A stretch of 63,256 nucleotides of DNA, the filler included, from Octopus bimaculoides (Eukaryota): the NCBI RefSeq assembly GCF_001194135.2. It is 8 parts of 7 records of this genome, joined end to end, with 100 filler letters (N's around TTAATTAATTAA, not from the genome) between each part and the next. Parts side by side here need not be neighbours in the genome. Positions count along the whole stretch, not along the records: positions 1 to 26,878 come from NC_068986.1; 7 more parts are not named here. The stretch is one strand, 5' to 3'. How positions within the stretch are numbered: position 1 is the first letter of the stretch; each line of letters starts with the position of its first letter. Below are positions 1 to 11,739 of this stretch, piece after piece. The position numbers were made by a program, and so were the translations under genes. The notes under the pieces are model-generated. The model saw only the letters and a list, made by a program, of their open reading frames with translations. It did no database searches and was not told where the DNA came from.

Positions 1-231
1 TGCGGGTGGCACATAAAAGACACCATTTCGAGCGTGGCCGTTTTCGTGCGGGTGACACGTAAAAGCACCCACTACACTCTCTGAGTGGTTGGCGTTAGGA
101 AGGGCATCCAGCTGTAGAAACTCTGCCAAATCAGACTGGAGCCTGGTGTTGCCATCCGGTTTCACCAGTCCTCAGTCAAATCGTCCAACCCATGCTAGCA
201 TGGAAAGCGGACGTTAAACGATGATGATGAT
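1..231 (+). mobile_element. SINE (3' part) with RTE-LINE-derived tail ending in (GAT)n; truncated by the window start
   Basis: gttggcgttaggaagggcatccagctgtagaaac...catgctagcatggaaagcggacgttaaacgatgatgatg. The same tail recurs at 1751-1902(-), 7745-7890(-) and at the 3' ends of both RTE LINEs. Confidence 0.8.
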
Positions 232-663
232 TACTATAATACTAAGGCAGAAACAGTGTCATACTAGTGTGATGTACTGAACTGAATTTAAACTAAACTC
301 AAAGTCCATCTAATATGCTTCTATGCAATTTCTGATAACTTAAATCCACTCACAAGACTTGGGTTGATCCATGGCTTTAGTAAATGCACTTGCCCAACTC
401 ATTCAACTCTTTATGAATCCTTTACACTGTCTTCAGATTGATACTCAAACACTATGACATGTTTGTATTTGAGCTCCTGGCACAAGCAGTACAGCATGTT
501 GTTTCCAAATTTCTGGCAGAGTGAATTGCGTCATGATGCTGTTTGTCTCACAGACAATGCCCAACTCACCCTACTATACTATGTAGTCAACAAAATCAAA
601 AACAAAGGCTGCGCATGTGTGAAATTAAAAGTATAAAATGGCAACAATTTAGCCATTGCACCC

Positions 664-712
<49 letters not shown>

Positions 713-713
<1 letters not shown>

Positions 714-1267
714 AACCCAGGTCTGTGTGTATCACATAAGGCTAGAGATAGGAGCGAGCAATGATCTCCCTCCCAAATACTAATTGGACACTGTATGTTG
801 TTGGCCAGCCGGAGTAGATGTATTCCTGGGGCTAAAAGAAACAGTAACACCATCCTCTATAGGACTGCCACATTTAATTGGCAAATATATTTTATGATAC
901 CATACTGTTCCTGTTTATCTCTCACTCAGAGAATTAGTATGACTTTTATTATTTAATATAACTTTCTATTTATGAGATCAGCGGCAGTGTGTCACTAGAA
1001 AAAGGATATAATATTTTGTGAGTGGAATGAATTCTTCATCACTAGCCAGTGATAAGCACACACTGAAGACAGGTAACTACCCAGAAATCCGGGTCTGTGT
1101 GTATCATGTTAGGCTAGAGATGGGAGCAATGACCTCGCTCGCATATACTAATCGGACACAGACTGTGTGCCATTGGCTAGCTGGAGGAGATGTCTTCCTG
1201 GGGCTAAAAACAACAGTAACACCGTCCTCTATAGGACCACCACATTTAGTTGGCAAATATATTTTAT
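713..1267 (+). mobile_element. Hammerhead-delimited tandem repeat (non-LTR retrozyme-like): one 372-nt monomer plus a partial second monomer, inserted in (TA)n
   Basis: 713-895 is homologous to 1085-1267 at a constant offset of 372. Both copies contain a GTC|TGTGTGTATCA junction (723/724 and 1095/1096). TA runs flank both ends. Confidence 0.7.
1056..1102 (+). ncRNA. Type I hammerhead ribozyme motif (CpG-decayed)
   Basis: GCACACA-CTGAAGA-CAGGT/AACT/ACCCA-GAAA-TCCGG-GTC|TGTGTGT. Helix I has 7 bp, the CUGANGA and GAAA cores are intact, and the cleavage triplet is GUC. The two helix II mismatches are both CpG->CpA changes. Confidence 0.75.
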
Positions 1268-1438
1268 ATATATAAAACCTTGTGGGTAAATTTCCGAAAT
1301 ATTTTTTTATTTTCATGCTGACCACCTGATAAAATCATGAATGATTTCATCTTTTATTATAATTCTATATCCCTTATTTTTTTATTCTCCTACTAAATGT
1401 GTTGAGTGCCTTTTTCTTTAGTTTTTCATTCATGTGTG

Positions 1439-1476
<38 letters not shown>

Positions 1477-1659
1477 NNNNNNNNNNTATATATATATATA
1501 TATATATATATACTTCATTTTTGTATCTAGCTTGCAAGATTCTTTATGTGAATCTGTGTGTTGAAACAAATTTTGTTGTGTCTGGAGAGAGTCAGACTGC
1601 TTTAATATCTAACACTCACCAGTTCAATTTTCACTCATTATTTACATTTTTTATTTTCC

Positions 1660-1690
<31 letters not shown>

Positions 1691-1750
1691 CATGCATGCA
1701 TATATGCGTGTATGCATGTATGTTCATATGCATGTGCGTACAGATGTATC

Positions 1751-1902
1751 GTCATCATCATCATCATCATCATCATTTAACGTCCACTGTCCATGCTGGC
1801 ATGGGTTGGATGGTTTGACCAGGGCTGGCAAGCTGGAAGGCTGCACCAGACTCCAGTCTGATTTGGCATGGTTTTCTACAGCTGGATGCCCTTCCTAATG
1901 CC
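1751..1902 (-). mobile_element. SINE/LINE 3' tail copy with (GAT)n end
   Basis: Reverse complement of the 1-231 tail: (CAT)n-ttaacgtcc...ctacagctggatgcccttcctaatgcc. Confidence 0.75.
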
Positions 1903-2451
1903 TGTATTCTACATATTCATGTGTTTGTGTATGCATGCAGCACACACACACACACACATACATGCATGCATGTACCACTATTGGAAGACTACAGATTAAG
2001 CTGAAAAATTTAGAGGTGCTGACATTAAAAAAAAAAGAAAACAGACTGACAAATTTATCTAGCCTGTATGTGAATACCTTCATAAAATAATTTTTCAATT
2101 TCAGTGGCTGGTTCTTTCTTCTGGATCCCAATTGCTACTGTGTCACCAATATTGAGTGTACTGTGGTAATAGGACTCAGGCTATAAACAAAAGTAAAGAA
2201 TAAATATATCAGCATACATTGTTGTGATACATCCTATGAAATATAGAAAATTGAAATCAAGCAAGCTTTAGCCCTTGTGCTTAATGTGTTGTTTCCATCC
2301 ATGTTGTGCTATCTGTATAAAATAAGATGATATATGTCTATACTACCTGAAAATATATTGTGATGAAGTAGTTGATTAATGGGTAAGATTAGCACAGTAA
2401 GAAATACAGTATGTCAGCCTAAAAGTCAAAGAATCCATGATTCATTTACCT

Positions 2452-2825
2452 ATTACTTGTTTCAGTCATTAAACTGTGGCCATGCTGGGGTACCACCTTG
2501 AAGAATTTTTAATGGAACAAATCGTCCACCAGTACTTATTTTCTATGCCTGTTACTTATTCTAATGGGTCTCTTTTTGCTGAACCACTAAGTTATGGGGA
2601 CATAAACAAACGAACACTGGCTGTCAAGTGGTGATGGGGGGGATGCACACAGACACACATATACAATGGGCTTCTTTCAGTTTTCATCTATCAAATCTAC
2701 TCACAAGGCTTTGGTCAGCCTGAGGCTATAGTAGAAGACACTTGCTCAAGGTGCCATGCAGTGGGACTGATACCAGAACAATGTGGTTGGGAAGCAAACT
2801 TCTTACCATACAACCATGCCTGTGT
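2452..2825 (-). mobile_element. tRNA-type bipartite SINE (family A)
   Basis: Matches the reverse complement of the intact copies at 34666-34995 and 40583-40975, with a tRNA-like head and the ccttgggcaagtgtcttctactatagcc central block. CpGs are decayed in this copy. Confidence 0.8.
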
Positions 2826-4901
2826 CTATATAGTCACACCTGCACCTATATAACCATGTTTGCACTTATATAACTTTGAATGATCATGTCCATTGGAAAG
2901 TACAGTTTACTACAACTAGAACAATTATTTTATTAGCTACCTGGAATTGATTCATTTCACAAGTTCAAACTCTACTATGATTCACATTTCATGATGCTGG
3001 ATAGTGAGATTCATAACCTTTTGAGTTTTTGACAAATCACTGAAGATTATTTTATTCTTCCATAGATCACACCCTAATATCACAAAAGAGGAAGAACACA
3101 AGAAATAATGTAGTCCAAGGTACTTTATGTCAAGAAAAAAACATGAGATGGCCATGGCTAGAAGGCTACTCAATCAACTTAGAGCTAAACAACAGATTAT
3201 TTTTCATGTAATGTATCTTGGGGAAAGATAGAGTAATAGAAACCTCTCTGCAACTTATACAAACTGAAAAAAACACATTCTTTTAAAGTGCTGCCACACT
3301 TACAGTGGTAAATTTTACTCCTTGAGAATCAATGGGAAAAACTCTACATGGTCTTACTTTCTGCTAAAGATAGCAGCCAAGTCTCCCTTAAATTACACCC
3401 AACTATCTTAATAAAATGACAAACACATTGGATAATGTAATACTAAATTTGTCATGCCAGAGAAAAAGACAATGTAACCTTGAAAATTTTCAAGGCAGAC
3501 CTAGAACTAAACAACAACAACTTACTTTGCAGGACCTATTTGTAGCAAAGTATACTGCAAACATTTAACATGAGTCTTTCTTAGCTTCACACAAAAATAT
3601 AAAAATTTTGACGCGATGCAAACAGTTAGCTCTCAGCTAGTACTGATGATCTGGTACTCTATTATCTCATCATCCTGTGCAATTTAACTTTAGCTGTATA
3701 CAACATTAACAAAAAGTACACAATGTAAATAGGTTGTGGAACCAACTGTCTTTTTTGTTGCTTTAACTCTAGATCAGCCATAATCAAGTAGACCAATTTT
3801 CAACTGGGATTACATTTTTTTATGTATCCTCATTCTTAAGATGGTGGGGTATGATTTGAGGGAGAATTTACCTGATATTATCATTAGGCCAATCAATCAC
3901 ATAGAGGATCCCTTTTCTGGTCATCTTATTTTCTTATAGTTGTTAATGTTTCAGCAGGTCTATTATCAATGGTATTCCAGCTGTGACCATCTCCTGGTTT
4001 TGGAGGAATATCTAGCATTACATTATCTAATATGTCCTTAATCATTTTCAAGACAATGGGTGTGATTTGAAGGAGCTGTTATTTTTAGTCACTGATCAAA
4101 CATGTAGAGGATCTCTCACTGGCTTATCTAATCTTATTGCTGACTATAAAAGAAGTTACTTTTGGTGATTAGCCCCAAGTGAACACTGATTGAGCAACCC
4201 TATGATCAAAGACATTCCAATCAGGGCTGTTCTGTCTTCTGTGAGTGGTGGCAAACAGATATTAAAGACTAAATTATTTAATGCGTGATTCTCATGATGG
4301 TGCCATATAGTTTAAGGAAGTGTTTGGCTCTTTTTCTAGCAATTTGTGCAACCATGTAGAAGTTCCTTTGTTGGGTCATTTAATTTTCTTTTATAATTGT
4401 TNNNNNNNNNNNNNNNNNNNNNNNNNNNNNNNNNNNNNNNNNNNNNNNNNNNNNNNNNNNNNNNNNNNNNNNNNNNNNNNNNNNNNNNNNNNNNNNNNNN
4501 NNNNNNNNNNNNNNNNNNNNNNNNNNNNNNNNNNNNNNNNNNNNNNNNNNNNNNNNNNNNNNNNNNNNNNNNNNNNNNNNNNNNNNNNNNNNNNNNNNNN
4601 NNNNNNNNNNNNNNNNNNNNNNNNNNNNNNNNNNNNNNNNNNNNNNNNNNNNNNNNNNNNNNNNNNNNNNNNNNNNNNNNNNNNNNNNNNNNNNNNNNNN
4701 NNNNNNNNNNNNNNNNNNNNNNNNNNNNNNNNNNNNNNNNNNNNNNNNNNNNNNNNNNNNNNNNNNNNNNNNNNNNNNNNNNNNNNNNNNNNNNNNNNNN
4801 NNNNNNNNNNNNNNNNNNNNNNNNNNNNNNNNNNNNNNNNNNNNNNNNNNNNNNNNNNNNNNNNNNNNNNNNNNNNNNNNNNNNNNNNNNNNNNNNNNNN
4901 N

Positions 4902-4933
<32 letters not shown>

Positions 4934-5317
4934 AACCATTATTGAGTGTTTCTAGCTGATATGACTTTGAAAAGACTTCTAGTTTTTGTCAAGTTACTAT
5001 GATGGTTTAATGATTATAGAGCTATTCCAGATGCTTAAGCCTACTCAAGTTATTCTGCTCTACACAGACCATGTCTGTTGTAAAATAATTTGAATAAAAT
5101 TACAAGGTTAATATCTCTCTTGAGACATAACAGAAATTTATAGTCAACAGTATCTTATTCTGTACTGTAACCATTCACCGAAAGACTGAAATTTCATTAA
5201 AATAGCAAATGTTTCAAATTTGGCCTTTTGCACACACGCACATGTGCGCGCACACGCACATGTGCGCGCACACACACACACACACACCTTCCAACAAACA
5301 ATATAAATATACACATA

Positions 5318-6420
5318 TAGGCGTAGGAGTGACTGTGTGATAAGAAGTTTGCTTCCCAACCATATGGTTCTCAATTAAGTCCCACTGCGTGTCACCTTTG
5401 TCAAGCGTCTTCTACTATAGCCTCGGGCCGACCAAAGCCTTGCGAGTGGATTTGTTAGATGGAAACTGAAAGAAGCCCATCATATATATATATATATATA
5501 TATATANNNNNNNNNNNNNNNNNNNNNNNNNNNNNNNNNNNNNNNNNNNNNNNNNNNNNNNNNNNNNNNNNNNNNNNNNNNNNNNNNNNNNNNNNNNNNN
5601 NNNNNNNNNNNNNNNNNNNNNNNNNNNNNNNNNNNNNNNNNNNNNNNNNNNNNNNNNNNNNNNNNNNNNNNNNNNNNNNNNNNNNNNNNNNNNNNNNNNN
5701 NNNNNNNNNNNNNNNNNNNNNNNNNNNNNNNNNNNNNNNNNNNNNNNNNNNNNNNNNNNNNNNNNNNNNNNNNNNNNNNNNNNNNNNNNNNNNNNNNNNN
5801 NNNNNNNNNNNNNNNNNNNNNNNNNNNNNNNNNNNNNNNNNNNNNNNNNNNNNNNNNNNNNNNNNNNNNNNNNNNNNNNNNNNNNNNNNNNNNNNNNNNN
5901 NNNNNNNNNNNNNNNNNNNNNNNNNNNNNNNNNNNNNNNNNNNNNNNNNNNNNNNNNNNNNNNNNNNNNNNNNNNNNNNNNNNNNNNNNNNNNNNNNNNN
6001 NNNNNNNNNNNNNNNNNNNNNNNNNNNNNNNNNNNNNNNNNNNNNNNNNNNNNNNNNNNNNNNNNNNNNNNNNNNNNNNNNNNNNNNNNNNNNNNNNNNN
6101 NNNNNNNNNNNNNNNNNNNNNNNNNNNNNNNNNNNNNNNNNNNNNNNNNNNNNNNNNNNNNNNNNNNNNNNNNNNNNNNNNNNNNNNNNNNNNNNNNNNN
6201 NNNNNNNNNNNNNNNNNNNNNNNNNNNNNNNNNNNNNNNNNNNNNNNNNNNNNNNNNNNNNNNNNNNNNNNNNNNNNNNNNNNNNNNNNNNNNNNNNNNN
6301 NNNNNNNNNNNNNNNNNNNNNNNNNNNNNNNNNNNNNNNNNNNNNNNNNNNNNNNNNNNNNNNNNNNNNNNNNNNNNNNNNNNNNNNNNNNNNNNNNNNN
6401 NNNNNNNNNNNNNNNNNNNN

Positions 6421-6465
<45 letters not shown>

Positions 6466-6690
6466 ATGTGTGTCTGCATTTGTCCCCACCACCACCACCA
6501 CCACCATCGCTTGACAACTAATGATGGTGCGTTTACATCCCCCGTAACTTGGCAGTTCAGCAAAAGTGACTGATAGAATAAGTACTAGGATTACGAAGAA
6601 CAAGTCCTGGGGACAACTTGTTTGACTGAAAGTGGTGCTCCAGCATAGCCACAGTCAGATGACTGAAACAAGTAAAAGAATAAAAGAATA
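5318..6690 (+). mobile_element. Family A SINE split by (TA)n and an assembly gap
   Basis: Head module at 5318-5480 and tail module at 6460-6690 lie either side of the N-run. Confidence 0.7.
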
Positions 6691-7369
6691 TACATAGCTC
6701 TTTGTGCGTGTGTATTTGTTTATGAGTTTACATGAGTCTATATAAAGAGAAGCTACAGTATAAATAGTAATGAGTGGTGGTGGCATGGGAGAGGGTAGTG
6801 GTGATGGTTTAGCCCTGGTCAACCTTGATCAAGGAGACTTGATCAAGGGAATTCCAACTGTAATCATCTCATCTTTTGCCTGTGCATAGTGATCCCAAAA
6901 TCACTTTCTCCAACATGTCCTTTGCTAAGATGTTAAGGTGTGATCTGAGTGAGATTTGGTTGCTATTTCTTGCAAGTCAAGTAACAACATAAAGACTCCC
7001 CACTGGCTCATGGTGATTAGGTGGTGATAGTAGCATAAAGGTGGTGATGGCAAGGAATATTATGGTGTTAATATCAGTAGTGTAGACAATATCATGATTG
7101 TGTGCCACATTACAATAACTAAAATGCTAAGTTTGTGTCTATGAAGACAAGGCAAAATAAGATGAGATATAGATCAAAGAACAGTGATATCATCACAGAA
7201 ACATTCCAGTGAAATAAAAACAATTATATATTATCATCATCATCATCATTTGCAGCAGTGGTGAAATCATCATCACCATCATCATCATTGACATCATCAT
7301 CGCTGCACCACCATCATCATTATTATTTTATGTCAACAGCACAATAATAATAATAAGAAGAAGAAGAAG

Positions 7370-7705
7370 AATTTTGGCACAAGGACAGCAGTTTTGGGAG
7401 CAGGGCTAAGTCGATTACATTGATCCCAGTGTTCAACTGGTATTCATTTTATCAACCCTGCAATGATGAAAGGCAGAGTCAACCTCAGTGGCATTTGAAT
7501 TCAGAATGCAAAACATCTTACCCGGCGAAGTGCACCACCTGAAATTTTGGGAGAGAGGGATAGTCAATTACATCAATCTCAGGGCTCAACTGGTACTTCT
7601 TTCATCAAACCTGAATAGATGAAAGGCGAAGTCGACCTTAGCAGAATTTGAATTCCAAATGTAAAGATGGATTAAATTTCGCAAAACATTTTATCCAGCA
7701 TGCTA
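7370..7705 (-). mobile_element. Two tandem copies of SINE family D
   Basis: tcaaccctg..gatgaaaggc..agtc.acct...gaatttgaattc motif twice. Same family as 31645-31845(-), 40340-40560(+) and 58575-58790(+). Confidence 0.65.
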
Positions 7706-7744
7706 ATGATTCTGCCAGATCACCACATTCATTCAGATCACCAC

Positions 7745-7985
7745 TATCATTATCATCATTAAACATCTATTTTCCTTGTTAGCATGTGTTGGACAGTTTG
7801 ACAATAGCTGGCAAGGCCAGGAACAGCACCAGGTTCCATAATCTGTTTTGGCATGGTTTTTACAGCTGGATGCCCTTCCTAATGCCAGAGTGTATTGAGT
7901 GCTTTTTTACATGGCACCAGCACCAGTGCTTTTCACATGGTACCAGCACCAGTACTGTTTACATGGCATCATCACCAATGAGCTT
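7745..7985 (-). mobile_element. SINE with RTE-type tail
   Basis: tacagctggatgcccttcctaatgcc core preceded on + by CAT/TAT repeats. Confidence 0.65.
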
Positions 7986-8899
7986 TAATGCATACAATGC
8001 TAAGATGTTTTCTCAACTATTTTCCTCTTGAATTATTTTCAGTTTCTTAATAACTTGATGAAAGAGAAATCTCACTCATTTCATATTTGAATTTTTTTTT
8101 TTTTTTACTATATGCAGAACTGAAATCAGCACAGCAATTCCTTAGTTTTGCAGTCCCATAATTGCTTGATAGAGCTTTGTGTTGATTTCCATATATGCAT
8201 GTTCTAATTGTAATTTTTATGTCTATATTCTGACATATATGAAGAATATGTCTACAGCAGATAATTACTTTCATCTTATCTGATCTGCAAATGAGAAATT
8301 TCATATGAGAATAGCATTTGAAAGTATTACTACTATTAAGTACTAAGAAAACAATTTCTTTAGAACAGTATTAACTTTGAAATTCATATTCTCTTCTTAA
8401 CTGACAGAATCAACAAAGCATTTATTATATTTCAATTTCATGTATTCTCAGAAGATTAAATAAATAAAAAAAAAAGAAAAACTTTGATATTTTACTTTTT
8501 ATTTAGGGAAAATATTGACAATATCATTAAATCCCCAAACTATATTTTATAATCTGTAAACATTGATATTTCAAAAAGAAAAATATTCATTTAATTTAAT
8601 TCACATGGAAATACTTTCTATAAAGATAAACAGAAAATTAGTTTATTTCCATGGTCATACATAGCAAATCTCACATTCCTTTGCAATAACTATACATTAT
8701 TCAACAATATTTTTTCTAAAGAATTTGAAAGAATCAACCAAGGGAACTGAAATCTGCTGAATGATTATTTCACATACTAATCTTATTGCTGAATTTGAAA
8801 GAATAAATAAATAGATAAATAGACTGCAAGATGTCTTCTCAAATCATCCAATCTACCTGACTATAAATTGGTTGAGCCATCACAGTTGTTCAATTTGTG

Positions 8900-9045
8900 A
8901 CAAATAGCAGCCAAATCTCCTCCAAATGAAATCTTGCCACCTTAAAAAGGGTAGAACATATTGAACAATGTAGTCCTGAATACAGGAGATGATCAAAAGT
9001 CTATTCAATCAGGGCTCACCTGAAGTTAATAATAACAACAACTAT
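8900..9045 (+). repeat. Unclassified interspersed repeat; other copies at about 3370-3520, 3790-3920, 4000-4110, 6830-7010, 22790-22930 and 41250-41370
   Basis: Recurring atagcagccaaatctccctcaaat / gatttgagggagatttggctgctatttctagc motif in both orientations. Confidence 0.5.
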
Positions 9046-9189
9046 AAATAGGTACTACAATGAGTTGCCATTGTAAGTAATAAATTGACAAAGGCTTCAT
9101 CAACTTGCAGTTGCTAAGTTCAACTTTTCCTGAGAGCGTGGCCAAAATATGAGCTGAAAAATCAATCTATTCTTTTATTCTTTTTTTTT

Positions 9190-9557
9190 TTACTTGTTTC
9201 AGTCAATTGACTGCGGTCATGCTGGAGCATCACCTTGAAGGGTCTTAATTGAACAAATTGACCCCAGGACTTATTTTTTAAAGCCTAGTAATATTTTACC
9301 GGCTCTTTTGCTGAACCACTTAGTTACAGGGATGTAAACACACCAACACCAGTTATCAAGTGGTGATAGGGTGACAAACACAAATACAAAGATACATACA
9401 TATATGATAGGCTTCTTTCAGTTTCTGTCTACCAAATCCACTCACAAGGCTTTGGTTAGTCCAAGGCTGTAGTAGAAGACACTTGTCGAAGATGCCATGC
9501 ACAGGGATTGAACCCAGAACCATGTCGTTGGGAAGCAAGTTACTTACCACACAGCTT
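9190..9557 (-). mobile_element. Family A SINE
   Basis: Both modules present, homologous to 2452-2825. Confidence 0.8.
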
Positions 9558-10034
9558 TGCTGGATGTGAAAGAAAAAGTAATATCTATGTCCTTTACAGA
9601 CTCTATGAGACCAAAAATGTTGATGCCATTAATGCACCACTAGCAATAGCAAGGTTGTTGCAAGTATAACAGCTATAAAATCCCTTCTATATATTTTCAT
9701 TTTCTGTGGGTTAAGAGAATAAGAGGTCTGTCTCCATATATTGGATGGAAACAGTTTAAGCTAGTTTCTGATTATATAGTAGCGGGGCAGTTTAGTCTAA
9801 TGGCAGCCCTGTCTATGTTGATTAGTGAATGGTGAAGTTGGACAGGTCCACTAGTCAACATGTGCTGTAGTTATGATTGCATCATGGGCTAAATAATATT
9901 CAAAAGTCTTTCTTAGAAACCTAGAATTATTTAAGACAGTGGACAATAGATAAATAAAAGATATATGAATAATTAAATGTGACATCTTAGCTCCATAAAG
10001 GTTGCTGGCATTTTGACAGCATCCTTCTCTCCCA

Positions 10035-11510
10035 GATTCATCTTCATCAACATTCAACGTCCATATTCCATGCTGACATTGATTGGATCATTTGACACAA
10101 TGCAATGTATCTATGGACTGCATCAAGCTCCAATGTCTAGTTTAGCATGGTGTTTATGGCTGGATGCCCTTCCTAATGCCAACCACTTTACAGCATGAAC
10201 TAGATGCTTTTTTCATGTAACCTGCACTATTGAGGTTGCCATACAGTTTGCAGGACTACAAACCTTGGGGGAGGAGTGTGCAGAGGATCTGCTTCATGCA
10301 AATGGATGAGGGGATTACTATGAGAGGAGGGGGCATAGCAGGTTCCTGGAGAGGGATCTGCATGACTACTCACATCTAGTAGGAGAAAAAGTGAAGTGGG
10401 GGAAGGCGAGAAAGAGAAAATAATCAGTGAGAGCTACAAGACATAGATAAGGGTGATAATGTGCTCAAGTGGCCCCACAAGGTACAATTTGAGTAGGAGT
10501 GGGTGTGTGGTTGGTTTGCAAGATTGTATGGGAAGGTAAATGAGGAGTGGGGAGACAGACTTACAAAATGGATTGGGTTGAAACATGAGCTGGGGAAAAT
10601 AGAGGGAAGTAGAAGAGTGGGGTCAGTGAGCAGCAGGCGTAGTTAAGATGATACAGTTATTGTGAGTGAGGAGGACAAGGAAGATATGATATGGCTGGGT
10701 AGTCTGTGGAGGTAGTAGAAATGGGAAGAGGCAGGTATTATGCATGAGGGGGGGAAAGGTCACTGTAAAGGTTGAACCTAAAACATAGTGTTTCTAGAAC
10801 TTAGTTTTGCTCAGAAGGGTGCATCTTTTTGAAAACCTCATATCACTAGAGATACTAGTCTTCTGTCATTTCATCTGTCAGGTTGGGGGTCTGGTGATCA
10901 GCTTTCACTATTTCATCCCATGTCTTCCTTTTCCAGAAGTTCCAACTACATTTGGCAAACAGCACTTATTTATACAGCTGTCTTCATCACATTTCCATAT
11001 CAGCACATTCTTCTTTCTTGAACCAAACATCTGATTCCTCATATCCAGTTTTTCACTTAGCACCTTTGTACTACTTCTTTCATGCACACTCACACTGACC
11101 ATCCAGCGAAGTATGCTTGCTTCATTTTTTCCCCTCTTCTCAAGTCCTGTACATTCAGTATTATAGTTCTATCACAAACATCATATAATCTGCCCTTCAC
11201 TCTTAGGGAAAGGATCTTTGTTGTCAACAGTGGTAGTATCTCCCTGAACTTTCTCCAACCAGTTCTTACTCAAGCAACTATACTTTCAAAGCAACCACCT
11301 CCCTTGCTAATTACATCTCCTTGGTAACAAAAGCTATTAATTACTTCTAATGAACCATCTGAGCATTTAAGAGACTCAATCTTAGGTGTGCTTGTATGTA
11401 TTACTCCAGTGCATCTACCATATATGAAATTTACATTCTCAAATAGTTGGCCAGTGATTCCACTGTGTTTAAATGAGAAGTGACCAGTGAAAATAAGCAT
11501 GTATTCCATG
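10035..11510 (-). mobile_element. 5'-truncated, degraded RTE-like LINE (copy 1): RT C-terminus, long 3' UTR and (GAT)n tail
   Basis: Minus ORF 11270-11509 (...GSLEVINSFCYQGDVISKGGGCFESIVA) aligns with GSLEIVDCFCYLGDQISNGGGCSESIVS of copy 2. The 3' tail matches the SINE tail. Confidence 0.85.
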
Positions 11511-11739
11511 TGTGATATTCATAATTTTACAACATTTTTGATATAATTAGATGTGAGTATTACCTGTTTTAAGAATAAGTATACCATACCCTTGCATGTT
11601 AGAAGAGGCAACTAAAGGAGTTGGCATCTATGAGAACATCTGCCCGTAAAACATTACCTCAAAAAGTTACATTCAACCCAAGCCTGCATGGAGAAGTGAA
11701 AATTTATAATAGGCCATCCAGCAAGTACTGTAGCCATTG

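Noticed and set aside
3066-3120. Acceptor-like ttttattcttccatag followed by a short open frame
   Set aside because: The donor is weak and there is no homology, so it cannot be supported.
5232-5275. 18-bp tandem duplication with the palindrome GCACATGTGC
   Set aside because: An ordinary variant of a CA/CG microsatellite.
4320-6603. Long ORFs (up to 382 aa) here and at 27.5-29.6, 41.5, 44.6, 48.7, 51.6 and 61.9 kb
   Set aside because: They are read-through of N-gaps and dinucleotide repeats (YIYI, CVCV, THTH).
8118-8212. Terminal-exon-like frames on both strands (LKSAQQFLSFAVP*; HAYMEINTKLYQAIMGLQN*)
   Set aside because: They are short and mutually conflicting, with no recognisable homology.
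9600-9670. Acceptor-like site followed by LYETKNVDAINAPLAIARLLQV*
   Set aside because: No consensus donor and no homology.
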